64,000 nt of DNA from Oikopleura dioica (GCA_907165135.1 OU015567.1:682001-746000), one strand, 5' to 3'. Shown: positions 1-17,263, counted from the first letter of the stretch. A program made the numbers and translations. Notes: generated by a model not told the origin, from the sequence alone.

Positions 1-1264
1 AATGCGTTTGTGTGGATCACTGAGGAACGGATGAAAAGCTGCTTCGAAGAATGCTAAAGCAATGAAAAACTTACCAGAAACAAACTTAGCGTCCGTTGGA
101 TCGAGTCTGGAATCAACTGGAGCCGCTTGATCCTTGAAAATCTCCACTTGTACCGGCTTGTCTTCATAAAACTGAGCTAAAAACGAAAAATGATCTCATT
201 GCGTCTCTTTGTTTGATTTTACCTTGAAATTCTTTGAACCAAGCTTTGATATCAAAGTTCTCAAATCCTTCGCTCCAGGAAGAAAAGCTCGATGAAGAAT
301 CGCTTGAATTGTCTTCTGGCGCGAGGGTGGTTGTAGAAGGCTGAAGCGGCTCAGGCTTACTGTATAATTTGAAGGCTTCGTCGCTGATGAAATATGGACC
401 AGCCGGATCAAGTCCGTCGATTCGGTCGACTTCGAAGCTGCCGTTCGAGATGGTGCGGAGCCAGAAGCCTGCCTGGCCGCAGACGTGGGAGCCAAGGCTG
501 TGGCCGACCAGGTGAATCTTCAGCGAGGGGTTTTTGAGCTTTACGTCGTAGAGAAATTTACCCAAAAGGCGGCCCGCAACTAAATCTACCTCAAAAAGAG
601 CTTTTTAACTAACTTTACCTTGCGTATTTGTCGCAGCTCTTCCATAGTTCCAAAAGTCCTCAGCACCATTACTCCAGTCGAACTCCAAAACGCTCGGAGG
701 TCGAGAAAGGTTGAAGAGATCAGCTCTAGCAGGCTCAGTCCACCGGGTCGTTTCACCGTTGTCCATTGAATCGACGAAACCGTGGGTAAAGACGACCAGT
801 TTCTCGGGAAAGTCCGTTTTTTGAATAAATTTTTCAGTGCCGTTTGTCCAGTAATCGCTTTTTGAAAGGATATTTATAAAGAAAAGAACTGACAGCTGCG
901 CTCGGCGACCTGTGTAGATACCTGAGTCAGGGTTTGTTAAACCTGTAGGACCCAGTCTCAGATCGCCGTGCTCAGACTGACAGTATTCAAGACTGTATCT
1001 AAATCCTTTCCTAAGAACTTCATACTTCTGCGTTTCGTTTTGCCTTTCCTTCGTATAATAGAAAAACTTGGGCTGGATCACTTTGGGACTGTCAGGTTCA
1101 CACTTCCAGAAGCTAGAATCGAACGAGCCGATTCCAAACTCCGAGAAGTCGACTGTCCCATTCCACTCGCAGAATAATCGCTCGGCAGTGTCGAGGACAT
1201 TTCGCGAAGTGAGACAACTCAGGCAGAGAGCAGGCAGGAGCGAGAACTCGAGCCAGGGACGCAT
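1..1264 (-). CDS. Pancreatic-type triacylglycerol lipase family protein, multi-exon, 3' end runs off the window
   Basis: Signal-peptide-like start MRPWLEFSLLPALCLSC. Motifs VVFTHGF, DWSNGA, HLVGHSLGSHVCG (GxSxG), RIDGLDPAGPYF and RLDPTDAKFV lie across ORFs 605-1270 and 164-565 and the leftmost exon. Confidence 0.85.
896..975. mobile_element. 80-bp CTG...CAG inverted-repeat element (CCTGAGTCAGG family) with perfect 8-bp TSD
   Basis: ACTGACAG at 888-895 and 976-983. TIRs ctgcgctcggcgacctg / revcomp ctgagcacggcgatctg match at 14 of 17 positions. Confidence 0.75.
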
Positions 1265-1579
1265 CGTCACGTGAAATTAGGACAAATCATTTCTGAAAAG
1301 AAAACAGGGGTTATTTTTAACATTCCAAATTGAAGCTAATAAATAAGCACAGAGAGTGATAATAAAGTCCTAATATCCCGCACTCGAAAATCTCTACTGA
1401 AACCTGAGTCAGGGTTCTGAAACGCGATTGTCGATTTTATAAATTATGATTTGACATAAAAAATAATCGCAATTGTTTCTCAAGGTGCGCAATCACAGCT
1501 CACAAGTGGGCCTGGTGATTGACGACAGTGTATCATCACGAAATCTATCAAATTTTTGATAAAAGTAACTGCTTTTCGG

Positions 1580-2022
1580 GGGTGACGGCGGGAGTGAGTC
1601 TTTGTAAAGATTGAGTCTTTTTGTAAAGACTCATTCCCGCCGTCACCGCGCGGTATCGGCGGGAGTGTGTCTTTGTTCTAGAAACTTTTTCAACTTGAAA
1701 ATATAGTCGAAGCGGTAAACGTATAACCCGTTTTATCAATGAATTTTCTCTAAGACAAGCGCGGAGCGCACAAACGGTCAGAAAATGGTTTGAAATGTCA
1801 TTTTCAAGTTGACTTTTAGGTTATTCCTTCATGTTAAATAAGGAACTGATGAATAGAAATGATTCAGAAGAGACAACAAATTTTTTTCTAGAGACGTAAA
1901 CAATTGCTCGAAAAAGACTCAGTCTTTTATTTTTCTAAAAAAAAGACTCACTGCCCGAAGAAAAAGACTGAGTCTTTGCGCGAAGACTCAGTCTTTACAA
2001 AGACTCACTCCCGCCGTCAACC
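1580..2022. mobile_element. 443-bp MITE with GG(G/T)TGACGGCGGG TIRs and 8-bp TSD
   Basis: CTTTTCGG at 1572-1579 and 2023-2030. About 40-bp inverted arms, with many internal aaagactca/tgagtcttt subrepeats. Confidence 0.8.
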
Positions 2023-2840
2023 CTTTTCGGACATCATTATTCTCTATCTATCTTTATGTCTTCTCTATCTTTTTTGCTTCAGTTGAACATTCCTTCCTAC
2101 ACTCTCATACTGTACAAATTAACTTTTACGATCGAATGAAAAAAATCAGACAAAAGCTTGGCTAAACAGATCTTTTTCTCCAAGATAAGTAAAATCATCA
2201 TGAGTGTGCTTGTAGGAATTACCCTCTAAAAGAAAATGAGTCTGCAAGTTTTTGCAACATCTTTTCTGTTCTCTCAATTTGAAAAGGGTTGACATTGGAT
2301 TGGCCCTCTCTCTCTCTTTCGATTTGAATGGCAATCACGCCATATCACCTCAAAATGGTGCCACAAAAAGGAATAATCGATTTATTTCGAAAAGCAAAAA
2401 TATTTCGCAAAAGAACCCATAACGGCTGAAATTGAACAACTCCTGAATCGATGAAAAAAATAAATTCTTTGAAAATTTTCTCTGTTGAAAAAAAATGAAT
2501 TCAAATGATCCTCGTGGTTGTATTTTTCCTCTCCTAAAAGAGCCCTGTCACTCAAAATAGCCGATTAGGTGGCCACAGATCACTCGGCTTAATCTAATTT
2601 TTGTGCTTTGTGTTTTCAACCTCTGTGGTCTCCTACTGCTGTATTTGCCCGGATGGGCTTGAAAACCACATGGGCAAAGGGGATCATCCGCTTGGGAAAC
2701 GGGATTAAAACAATAGGACAGATTTAATTAAATATTCTTCCCCTGGGAGCACCAAATCAAACGAAATCTCCCGAAATCAAGCTTATTCGGAAATTCGTTG
2801 AAAATAAAAAATGCATGAATTTCAAGATAAAGAATATTTT

Positions 2841-7444
<4,604 letters not shown>

Positions 7445-7546
7445 TCTTATAGATATAATTTGTTAATTCCACGATTTAGCCGAGAGAAACCCGATTTTAA
7501 AGGATGGAAAAGGGGCAGTGATTTACAAGCAGCTTCCTGAGAAATT

Positions 7547-8678
7547 CTAGCAGTTCTCAGCAAATAAATAATTGTCGCTCTTGTACTTCTTGTATCGCTT
7601 CTCAACGAGCCCCTTCATCTTTTCCAGATCTTCTTTTGCAGTCAATTTTACCAAGCAGTTGAAATCCTGATCTTCGCATCTTTGTTCAAACTCTTTATAT
7701 ACCTCTCGCGCTTTCTTGAAGTCATCGAAGTGTTTCCAAGTATACAAGTCCATCAAGTGGTAGCGAATCTTCAGGGAGATGTTGACGAGGAAATGATCGT
7801 CTAAGGGGAGGTCGAGGGCGAGTGCGTTTTTCGCGTGCTTGATAAGCTGTTGATTTGGAAGCTTTTTCTTGCCGAAGATAATCACTCGTTGGATGTTAAT
7901 CAGGAGCTGTCGGTCACGATCGGGGGAAGATTCAAGCTCGGAGAGGACGGTCACGGATTTCTAATTTACAAGGGGTAGATAGAAGGAGAGAATAAAGACA
8001 AACCTGTAAGTTTGCTAGATTTTTCGACGCTTTGGCACGTTCGGCAAACTCGACAACTTCTTGAAAGACGTATTCGGGGCCGATGCACTTGGTCAGTCCT
8101 GGCGGATGAGCCAAGAAACGGGGGATGAAGTTAGATTCGATGTCTACAATTTCAAGCTGCAAGAAGAGCTCTGAATTCGGCGGGACTTTCGGAGGAACGC
8201 CGATCTTTCCAAACGCTTTTTCAGGAGAAATGATCGCGTAGCAAGAGTCGCCGAGGGATAGTTGAAGAAGGCAGGAAACGAGGCCCGGGAGTTCTTGCTG
8301 GCCGACTCGATATTTCGAAGGACTAGAATTCTAGTTTACAAAAAGGTAGAATGATACTGGAAAAGTGGCTGGGCTGGGGTCCTACCTTGATGTGAAAGTG
8401 GTATCAAAGGGTTTTTTCTCATCAAAATCGCTTTCGAGAAAGAATGAAATGTGGTAAAAAATAGTGATGCACGAGTCTGGAATTATGTCTTCTGGAACAC
8501 CTCCGAGCGCCTTCGCTTCTGCTTCAAAGATCTCTTTGACAGTGCGTCCTTTTCCATCATTCGCAGGATTTTTTTCCATGAGTACTTCTGGCGCGACTCT
8601 TTCGCATCTTTCACGCAGCTTTTCTGATCGCCTCATAGTGTTCTTATAATAGACCTGTCTGTTGGGGATCGAATACAT
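7547..8678 (-). CDS. FKBP6: FKBP-type peptidyl-prolyl isomerase, FKBP6/Shutdown-like (3' end may extend to 7447)
   Basis: Spliced frame gives IPDSCITIFYHISFFLE...KPFDTTF...AFGKIGVPPKVPPNSELFLQLEIVDIE, matching the FKBP domain, followed by a helical region. Orthology is inferred. Confidence 0.6.
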
Positions 8679-8778
8679 TCAAATCAGAGACTTTTAATTT
8701 GATTCTTTGTTGAGATTTATTTCGACGATTTTCTATCCGTAAAGAAGCACATTGCAGGGAACAAAAAATAATTAGAAT

Positions 8779-8884
8779 GTGTACTCGGCTACCTGTGTTG
8801 AAAACCTGAGTCAGGGTCTGAGAGAGGGTTATTAAGATCTTTCAGACCCTGACTCAGGTTTTCAACACAGGTTGCCGAGCCCAG
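8779..8884. mobile_element. 106-bp CCTGAGTCAGG-family hairpin element, 8-bp TSD with one mismatch
   Basis: Arms ctcggctacctgtgttgaaaacctgagtcagggtctga and its reverse complement. Flanks attagaat / attcgaat. Confidence 0.8.
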
Positions 8885-9084
8885 ATTCGAATGTTCGTAA
8901 AATACATATTGATAAAGTGAACATAATTATTAACGGTACGAGGAAAGAGCGGTAAATGTAACTGAACGAGCTGTAGATTTGTAACAAAATGCATAACTGA
9001 AAAAGATTCTTGAAAATTTGAAATTCTATGAATTCTTCTTTGGGAAGATGGCGCCGCGGAACTTGAAGATTTCGCCCTTTTTTA

Positions 9085-10400
9085 TTAAGAATAGCTTGTT
9101 AGATCGGCGACACTTTCTATCGTCTTTTTCCAGCGGAAGATGTCGCCGAGATCGTCGTAAGTGATCAGGGAGCGGTCGCCTTCGACATACTCGATTCCGC
9201 AGATTCGATCCTAAAAGGGTGTCGTAAGCGCCTTCTCTCGTTAGTACCTTGTGTTTTCCCTGTTTCAAATCTTGAAACAATGTTCTATCGCTCAATCTGT
9301 AAATCTGCGTTGATCTACTGCCAGTGATACTGAAGAAATCCTTCCCAAGAAGCTTCACTCTTTGTTCGAAGTCGCCCAAGCTGTCTTTTCCCCAGAAACC
9401 TGAAAATGAGACTCAATTTATGAAACAGGCCCAATAAAATCGTTCTAAAAATTGTCAGAAAAGTTGCTCACCAAGTTCGATGGAGTCAAATTGTTCAAGC
9501 TCGTCCTTGTCGCTTTTCTTTCGGTAAAAGAAGATGTTCGGCGTTTTGGACGCGAATCGCCCTTGAAGTCGAACTCTGGCCCAGGAGTTGCACTCATACT
9601 TGCACAAGGAGGTAAAAGAGATGTAGTCGTCCGATGGGCCCCAGAAGATCGAGTTTGGGTACGATGCATCTAGGGGATCATGTAATTTTTTACGAAAAAA
9701 TTGCCTCTTACCGAGTGAGTCTTCAACTTGTGCAGTATATAAAGGTCTCATGTAGTTCCGTAGATCATAAACGCTCATCGCATTTTGACGCTTTTCATTT
9801 TCGTGTGTGATCGCAAAAAGTGCTCCGGATCGAGAAAACTTGACGGAATTGATCTTCGGCGGGTAGACTCGCTGTCGATTTTCCTGTTGCGCTCCGTGGG
9901 AAAGATCGATGATGTCGTTTCCAGAACGAAAGTCGAGCGAGTAGACGCCGGCGTAACCGGCTAAGAGGCCGAGGTTTCCGTCGGGCGAGACGGAAGAAGC
10001 CATGAAGTTGAGTCGGCATTGAGAGAAAGAGGTGAGATCGATTTTTCTGTTGAAGCAGAGCGCAGTCGGGTCCCAGCGATGGTAGTACAGGTTCGACTGG
10101 AAGATAGGGATTTTCAAAAATAAAAAATGGAAATTTAGGTTTTTTTAGTTTTAGTTTTGTTTTGAAAATCCGTGGCAAAGAGTGAAAATAGTCGCCAATC
10201 CATTCCATGTTCAAGACGCAGATGCTTCCTTCTTCAGTCGGCGAAATATTGACTCTTGCGCAGAAAGAAGGTTTGTCGAAACGCGTTGTTTTCATCAAAT
10301 TCAGCCTCCCACAGGTCGTGCCTAAAAAGGATGAAGAAGATGAAATTGAGGAGAGCAAGTACCGATGACGAGGATATCTGATGTCGGCTTCATGGTCGAT
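9085..10400 (-). CDS. WD40/beta-propeller protein, start unresolved
   Basis: Repeats such as INSVKFSRSGALFA...MSVYDLR, SIFWGPSDDYI and SLITYDDLGDIFRW across ORFs 9795-10358, 9455-10117 and 9026-9379. Confidence 0.55.
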
Positions 10401-10592
10401 TGAGTGAAGGAAATTTCTTCAAACATAAGTTGATTCGTTTCATGAGCTTTTTGGAACCTGAAGTTGTGATCGAAAATCTTTTATACGGTCAAAATTATTT
10501 ATTTGAAACAAATAAGATTTTCGAAAATCGAGAGGCGGGTTCCGCCTCCGAGCAAATCAATGATTATTTTCGTAGATTCGAAGCCCCAAACG

Positions 10593-10707
10593 CTAGACTC
10601 GAGAACCTGTACAGAAACCTGAGTCAGCGTACCGAGAGAGCTTCCATCAAATCTTCATGCTCTTTCCCAACCCTGACTCAGGTTTCTACGCAGATTCTCA
10701 AGCACAA
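10593..10707. mobile_element. Degenerate CCTGAGTCAG-family hairpin element
   Basis: ctagactcgagaacctgtacagaaacctgagtcag ... ctgactcaggtttctacgcagattctcaag. No TSD visible. Confidence 0.65.
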
Positions 10708-11294
10708 CTGTGCACTTGCTTGCGGATCGAATCTGAGAAAGAGTTCATATATTTGCGCGAATCTTAGAAAAGAGAATCTTGAAAGTTTTTGCATATTTTT
10801 GACCGAATTGCCCATCTGTCATTGTATTTCATTCTTCTTCCGTCATTTTTTCTGTCTCTCAATTTTTCAATAAGAGTGACTTTTCTTGCCCTCTTCTTTT
10901 CATTTTTATTCTCCATTCTTTTCTCTCTATTTCCGATTTGCTAGAAGAGAAACCGACTGTAGTTTCATTTCTAGACAGTTTCAAGGTGGTATCTGCCCAT
11001 TTGAGTCGACCATTATTATCTGAATAAAATATAATTTTTACAACATTTGTATTGATTTTTCTTCGAGAAGATTCTTCTCACTAATGAAAAATTAAACTTT
11101 CTGTCTAGAAATAAAAATAGACTCTGAGCGACTTCATTTCCAAACTTCTCTAATCAGCGCAAAAAGACACCACAAAGCTACCTTTCTCAGAAAAATTATG
11201 ATCGCTGATTGGCCGCGCCCAACATACTGAGCTCTGGCGCGCAGACTCAAATTCATGGCTCAATTCATGCTGAACTTCACTAGATCTGGCCCGG

Positions 11295-11702
11295 CTGAAG
11301 TGAGCCCGGCATCCCGTGGAAAAAACCTGAGTTAGAATATTAACGAATTTCATTACAAATTCCGAGTCGAACTCTTACCTCCTTTCTTATGCTCATTAAA
11401 AAGTGCGCAAAAACATATGCAAGAAAATCGGTAGTACGGGGAAAACTTCGAATTTATTACGTCAAAGCACATGACTGAACTTCAAAAAGGACCAAAACTT
11501 TTCATTCTGAGCATCTGTCAACCTCTCGAGCTACCGAGGCTGTGACGTAATAAATTCGAAATATTCCCGATATTACCGATTTTTTTCGCGTAAGTTTTAT
11601 TTCAATATCTTATTTATTGACCAATTTTCAATAATAATTTCTTATTGAAATTGGTCAATATTCTGACTCAGGTTTTTACTCAGGATGCCAGGCCCTTTTC
11701 AG
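11295..11702. mobile_element. About 400-bp nested hairpin element with CCTGAGT(T/C)AG arms
   Basis: Outer arms gcccggcatcc...aaaaacctgagttagaatatt. Inner arms ttcgaatttattacgtca / tgacgtaataaattcgaa. Confidence 0.6.
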
Positions 11703-11710
11703 TATATTAA

Positions 11711-12442
11711 GGGACACGGGCGAGCAGCGCGGAGCCGAACTTCACGCGCTCGCCATTATTCTTGAAAATGAGATTTTCAAAATTTCTTTTGCAAATATCA
11801 TCTACAACTCTTCAGCTTTCTATTCCAGTTCTCAGTTTGTCTCTATCATTACTGACTGACGAGCTAGCGAGAAAAAGACGCGCAACTTAGAAAACGCATC
11901 AGGTCCTTCAATCTTTATAATAATTTCATGAAATTAGCACCATTGAAAAGCCCATTAAATTTTGAGCAGATCATACGTATAGCGCTAAGCTGAAAATGCA
12001 CTACTTGCGCAGGACGCGCTGATAAACCTAGGAACTTAGCGCGCTCCGCACGGCAGGGCGCTCCGATTTAACTATTTTGGGCTCTTTCGACATGATTCCC
12101 GCTGGGCGCGCGCTAGGTTACCTTGTTTATCTGATCTTTATCGCCAATTAGTATATTTTCAGCTTAGCGCTATACGTATGATCTGCTCAGAATTTAATGG
12201 GCTTTTCAATGGTGCTAATTTCATGAAATTATTATAAAGATTGAAGGACTTGATGCCTTTTGAAGTTGCGCGTCTCTTTTTCTCGCTAGCTCGTCAGTCA
12301 GTAATGATAGAGACAAACTGAGAACTGTAATAGAAAGCTGAAGAGTTGTAGATGATATTTGCAAAAAAATTTTGAAAAATCTCATTTTCAAGAATAATGG
12401 CGAGCGCGTGAAGTTCGGCTCCGCGCTGCTCGCCCGTGTCCC
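11711..12442. mobile_element. 732-bp foldback element with about 290-bp near-identical arms, TTAA TSD and GG...CC termini (Kolobok-like)
   Basis: TTAA at 11707-11710 and 12443-12446. Arms begin gggacacgggcgagcagcgcggagccgaac and differ at only a few positions. Confidence 0.9.
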
Positions 12443-13444
12443 TTAAAACAACTGTATTTGCCTGAAAACTGAGATCTCTCTCTCTCTCTCTCTTTGTGCA
12501 TCTTTTCAAGAATTAATATTGCATCTATGAGAAACAATTTTTAAAATTTGTGATCATTTTATGTTTATTAAATCATTTTTCACAGTTTTGAATGGTATCG
12601 TAAAACTTTTCAACTATCCACGAAGTAGAGTTATTGGAGTAGATCATTTTAACTTGTTTAATCAGCGTATTTTTATTCACATATTATTGACAATTCTTGT
12701 GCAATATGCCTAGATCCATTTCAAGATTTTGTTTCATTTTGGAAAATATTTAAGTAAGTCAGCAGTTCGATTTTGAAGTGAGTCTCTTCATTGATTTCAA
12801 TCTTCATCGGACCATCTTGAAAATGCCGAAACGGAATGTCAAAATCGCTCCTTCATCCCCCAGGATCTTCGCATAATGCGGAGGTCAAAAAGCGCTGGCT
12901 GAGTCAGTGAATCTCCCGCGGCGGTGGTGGTGGTTCACATCGAACCTGCCGCGGGTGGTTTTGAATCTGCAGCAGCACCAATGCGCGCGGGCTTTACCGG
13001 TCCGCGCTCCTCGAGCTCCAGGTTAAGCGTAACACACCGTTTTCGCCTTCTTGATTTACGTTCACTAAGCTGGCATCAGAGACAATCAGCTGAATTGAGA
13101 AGACAAGATGAGATTTCTCAGTGAGTCAAAATGAAAATCGGCGCTCTTGAATTCTTCAATTCAAAAACGCGATCTAAAAATAGCCGGCGAGCTTGGTGAA
13201 AGAAATGATGATGGATAAAGGGTTCTTTTTACGATTATTAGGATTCAAGGGGAGGCGGATTAGTTTGACTTTGAATGAAGTGGAGTTTTGATAGAGACGA
13301 TTTTGTGGAGTTTATGGTCAGAATTTTAAGTAAGAATGGTTTTTTGACGATAAAAATTCGAAAAAAAAAATAATTTGTGAAATTTTTGATAAAAATTATG
13401 AATTCAAATTATGAATCGGGCAAAATTTTTTTCAACAAAGCAAA

Positions 13445-13475
13445 AACCTAACCCTAACCTTAACCCTAACCCTAA
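13445..13475. repeat. Short interstitial telomere-like (CCCTAA)n tract
   Basis: aacctaaccctaaccttaaccctaaccctaa. Confidence 0.6.
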
Positions 13476-13706
13476 GATTCAGCGTTAGAGCCTCTAACTT
13501 TATAGCCCATAAGGGCTGTTTTATGCAAATAAGGTTGGATAAGCATAAATAAGCTTGCTTTTCTATCGAGTTGTTTTTTGACCAGAAGTCCCTTTATCCA
13601 TTTTAATATTTTTTTCTTGCCGAAAAAGGCTCTTTAAAAATTCTCTCTTTCAGGCTACGTGCTGGTATCCATCACGACACTATGTCTGTACAACCTGTGG
13701 CAGAAG

Positions 13707-16700
13707 ATGAAGTACGAAAGGAAAAGGAAGAATCTTGCTATTTCGTTTCCAAAATGGATAATTTTACGCCTATTAAAAAATTCATCCCCGTCAAGATTCA
13801 GTATGAGATTAACTGCGAAGAAGCTCATAATTATGGGACTGCTGATTATTGGATTAGGCACCTTCTTTGATTTCGATGCCAATCGGGCTGAGAGGATGTT
13901 GGATGATGGGTAATAAAACAACTTTCTGAGGAAAAAAATTTTCAAAATCAAATTCTAGTGACGAGCAATTGGGCGAATACTACGGCTCGATGCGAAGCAA
14001 ATACATCAAATTCATGGGCTTCGACTACGATCACGTGAAATTTGACGAGATCGGCAAGGATCTCAAAGCTGATCCGGCTCCCAAGGTATTCCTCCTTGAT
14101 TTCAAGTCCTTTCCATCAAAAATTTTTTAGGAAAAATCTGTTGAGCAGAAAAAAGTCGAGTTGAAAGAAGACATCAAGGATGACGCCCCTAGAGAAGTAA
14201 AGGAACTCGTTCCTGAGGAAGAAGAAATTGAGGAAAATGTTAAACAAGATGCTGCAGAACTTGCTGCTGTTGCTGAAAGCATGAATAAGGAACCTCAAGC
14301 TGCGGGAGACAGAGCGAATCATGCGGATTTGATGATTTCGGCGAAGAATCAGCCGGATATACCGAAGGACGACCCGAGATTGCCCAAGTTTATTGTTGTT
14401 GGCGTGATGAAATGTGGAACAGGAGCGACACAGGTAAGAACATGATCAGAAAAGTTTGATTGCTTCGTGTTTTTGAATGGTTTCCGGCATGTGGGACATG
14501 ATCCAGATAATTTTGAAATACAGCCAATACAGAACTTCGATGTGGTTCTTTAACTAAGAAGTGAGCTCGTTATACTATCCGAACACTGAATTTTTTTTAT
14601 TAAACCATCAACTGATGACCGCAAACTATGATGCATCCTCTTTGAATTTTTCCTTTTTTATACTTTTCAAAGCAAACTGGGCATTGAGAAAAGTTATCTT
14701 CTTCATCGTGTTCTTGATTTTTGAAGAATTTTCTTATCTCAGAGAACTTATTTTCATTAATTGCTTCGCGTTCTTTGTAAATTTTTTCTAGTTTATCAAT
14801 ATACTCGCCGGAATCTTTAATTTTTTCTTTCAGCATCTCCAGAAGTCTTTTAAATGATTCCCTTTGGTCTACGAGATAAGCGATATATAATCGTAAATCG
14901 TCGTTTTTCTCATCCAGATCCTCAAGCTCTTTGCTAAGAATTTTGTATGTTTTCTTTTCAGCGACTACTAGAGAATGAACTTCTTTGATATCCTGAAGGT
15001 GTGACTTGATTTTTTCTTGAAAATCCTTGTAACATTCCAGATAAAAGCAATGAAGAAGGGATCCTTTAGTTTCGTAAGAGTGAGGTCTTGTTGCTTCAGA
15101 TATTTTGTTTTGAAGCCTAAATATTTTTATAACTATACATTGAAGAAAATTTACTCATAGCTATAATGATTATTGATTTTTGCATCCCAGATTATTTTCT
15201 GATCTTCGTCGAATTTGAATTGAAAAATAACTGTATAATGATTTTCTCCACAAATTTTGAGCTCAATCATTCCAGTCACATCTTCGATCTGATAAGAAAA
15301 GCCGAAACAAACATAAATACATTCTCTTCTTTTCGAAAGATCGTGCACTTTTGAATCCACAAACGAAAATTTGCCTTCAAGTTTTAAGTGTTTTTGAAAG
15401 TCCACCAAGGCATTTAAGAATTTAAAACGGCAAAAATTATAGGAAAGTGCGTTTATCGCGTCTTCTTCAGAAAGGAGCCATATTGTTTTGTCTATAAATG
15501 TGTATGTTCCAGAATTAACGAAAGTCTGAGAGGGACCAGTGATTCTAATTGAGTGTTCTCCGTTATAGTGGATAGTTATTCTTCTGAAAAAGCTTTCATG
15601 TTCTTCTGGAATTGTGTATATCTCAGATATATGCATTCTATCAATTGTGATTTTCGATGAGCCATTATTAATGGCCCATTAAGTATATTTTTCGTCAGAT
15701 TTTCTCTTTAATGGAGTTGACTTGATGTATTTTCGTCAAGTATCTTCATACATATAAATCTTATCCCAAATTTACTTTTAGCACTTCCTGCACAACCACC
15801 CCGACCTGCAACAAGCCAAACAAGAAACATATTTCTTCAACAACGACCACAAATATCTCGAGCTCGGCTACGACTGGTACCTCAACCTCTACCGCTTCCC
15901 AACTCACGACGGCCAGATGAACTACGAAAAGACTCCGACTTACTACAAAAGCGTCCGCGCTCAGCCTCGAATCAAAGCAATGAACGAAACCGTCAAACTT
16001 GTCAACATCGTTTGCGATAACGTCCGAAGAACTCTTTCTCGATTTTTGCACTTGCAACACGGTGTTGGAATTGAAAAGTTCAAGGAAGACAAGCTTGATG
16101 GTTTTGGTCACACTCTTGATGAATTCAACAGGTTGGTCTGTTCAGTTTGAGCGTTATAGGAAATTTTCTTCTAGAAATCTGAAGATCACTCTCAAAAAAT
16201 TCGGCGATTTCTTGGAAGATGTCAAGCAAAATGAAGGTCATGGAACAATGGAAGGTACAGTTCAACCCCTCTTTTCTTCTTTTTCATCTTTTTAGGTCTT
16301 GTGAATGCTCTTCTTGTCCGATTCAAGCGACGAATGCGACCATTCGGAATCCACGCTACTAAGGATCCAATCGAATTGATTCTTTCTGACGGATTCTACG
16401 CCGTTTTCCACCAGCGATGGATGGAAGTCTTTCCCAAAGAACAAATGCTTGTGCTTGATGGATCGAAATACTGTAAGTCAAAATATCATAAAGAAAACCA
16501 TAACGTTTTCTAGTGACTGAGCCGTGGATACCACTCAAGGCAATTCAACAGTACATCGGAGTTCAAGAATACATCACAAAAGACAACTTCATGGTCAATC
16601 CTGGAGGACTTCCCTGCTTCATCGAGCCTGGAAAATCAAAAGAGCAAGTGGACTGTCTGGGATCTGGAAAAGGAAGAACGCTGGACAAGCGATTTCATAA

Positions 16701-16903
16701 AGAGGTCACGCTTGGACTTCACAAGGAATGTGATCGAGACGAAGAATTTTCTTATTTATCGAATTTTAGCGCGAAAAAATCGATGAAACTTTAACTCGTT
16801 GAATATCACAAAAAAGCTCTTCCAACCTTTCGACGACTACTTCGCTAAAAAAGTCCTCGGTCGACCCAGTTTCGGATGGGACTTTGGCCTGGACTCGTTA
16901 TAA
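13707..16903 (+). CDS. Type II membrane sulfotransferase, heparan sulfate 3-O-sulfotransferase-like; start approximate
   Basis: TM KKLIIMGLLIIGLGTFF. 5'-PSB LPKFIVVGVMKCGTGA, ETYFF...GYDWY, NYEKTPTYY, VKLVNIVCDNVRRTLSRF, CLGSGKGR, KLFQPFDDYF. Confidence 0.8.
14446..15636 (-). CDS. Coiled-coil plus C-terminal RING-finger gene nested antisense in the sulfotransferase intron (possibly frameshifted near its end)
   Basis: ORF 15151-15636, then a coiled-coil exon, then CPVC...CIIVCGHQ / FCIGC...CPTCRKPF. Confidence 0.6.
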
Positions 16904-17263
16904 AACAAAACTTCTAGATAAATATTATATTACCGTACTTACCCTTACTTTAATCTGTACAAAAAACATTAAGACATATTTTAAAAAATTATTCTGTACA
17001 CTGCCCAGATTTTTCAATTTTAACATATTATAATTTAAAAAAAACTATACTATCTTTATTCTTGTACTGCGTTCATAAGAAGCGCTTATTATTCAGTTAT
17101 CAATAAACGAATAAAAAAAAACGAAAAAACTTTCGCTTGTTTCATGCATTTTTCCGAGAAAATTCTAGAACTATTTTTCAGCGTATTTTTCTCACAAAAT
17201 AAAGGTAGATATTCAAAGAGCTAAAAGATGGTCAGTAAAAATAAAATTCTCCAATATTACTTT

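Noticed and set aside
14533-14613. AGTT direct repeats flanking the break in the RING domain, as a possible TE-derived intron
   Set aside because: The repeat is only 4 bp and there are no TIRs. An ordinary GT-AG intron (ATG|GTTTAA...GAAG|TTC) also restores the frame.
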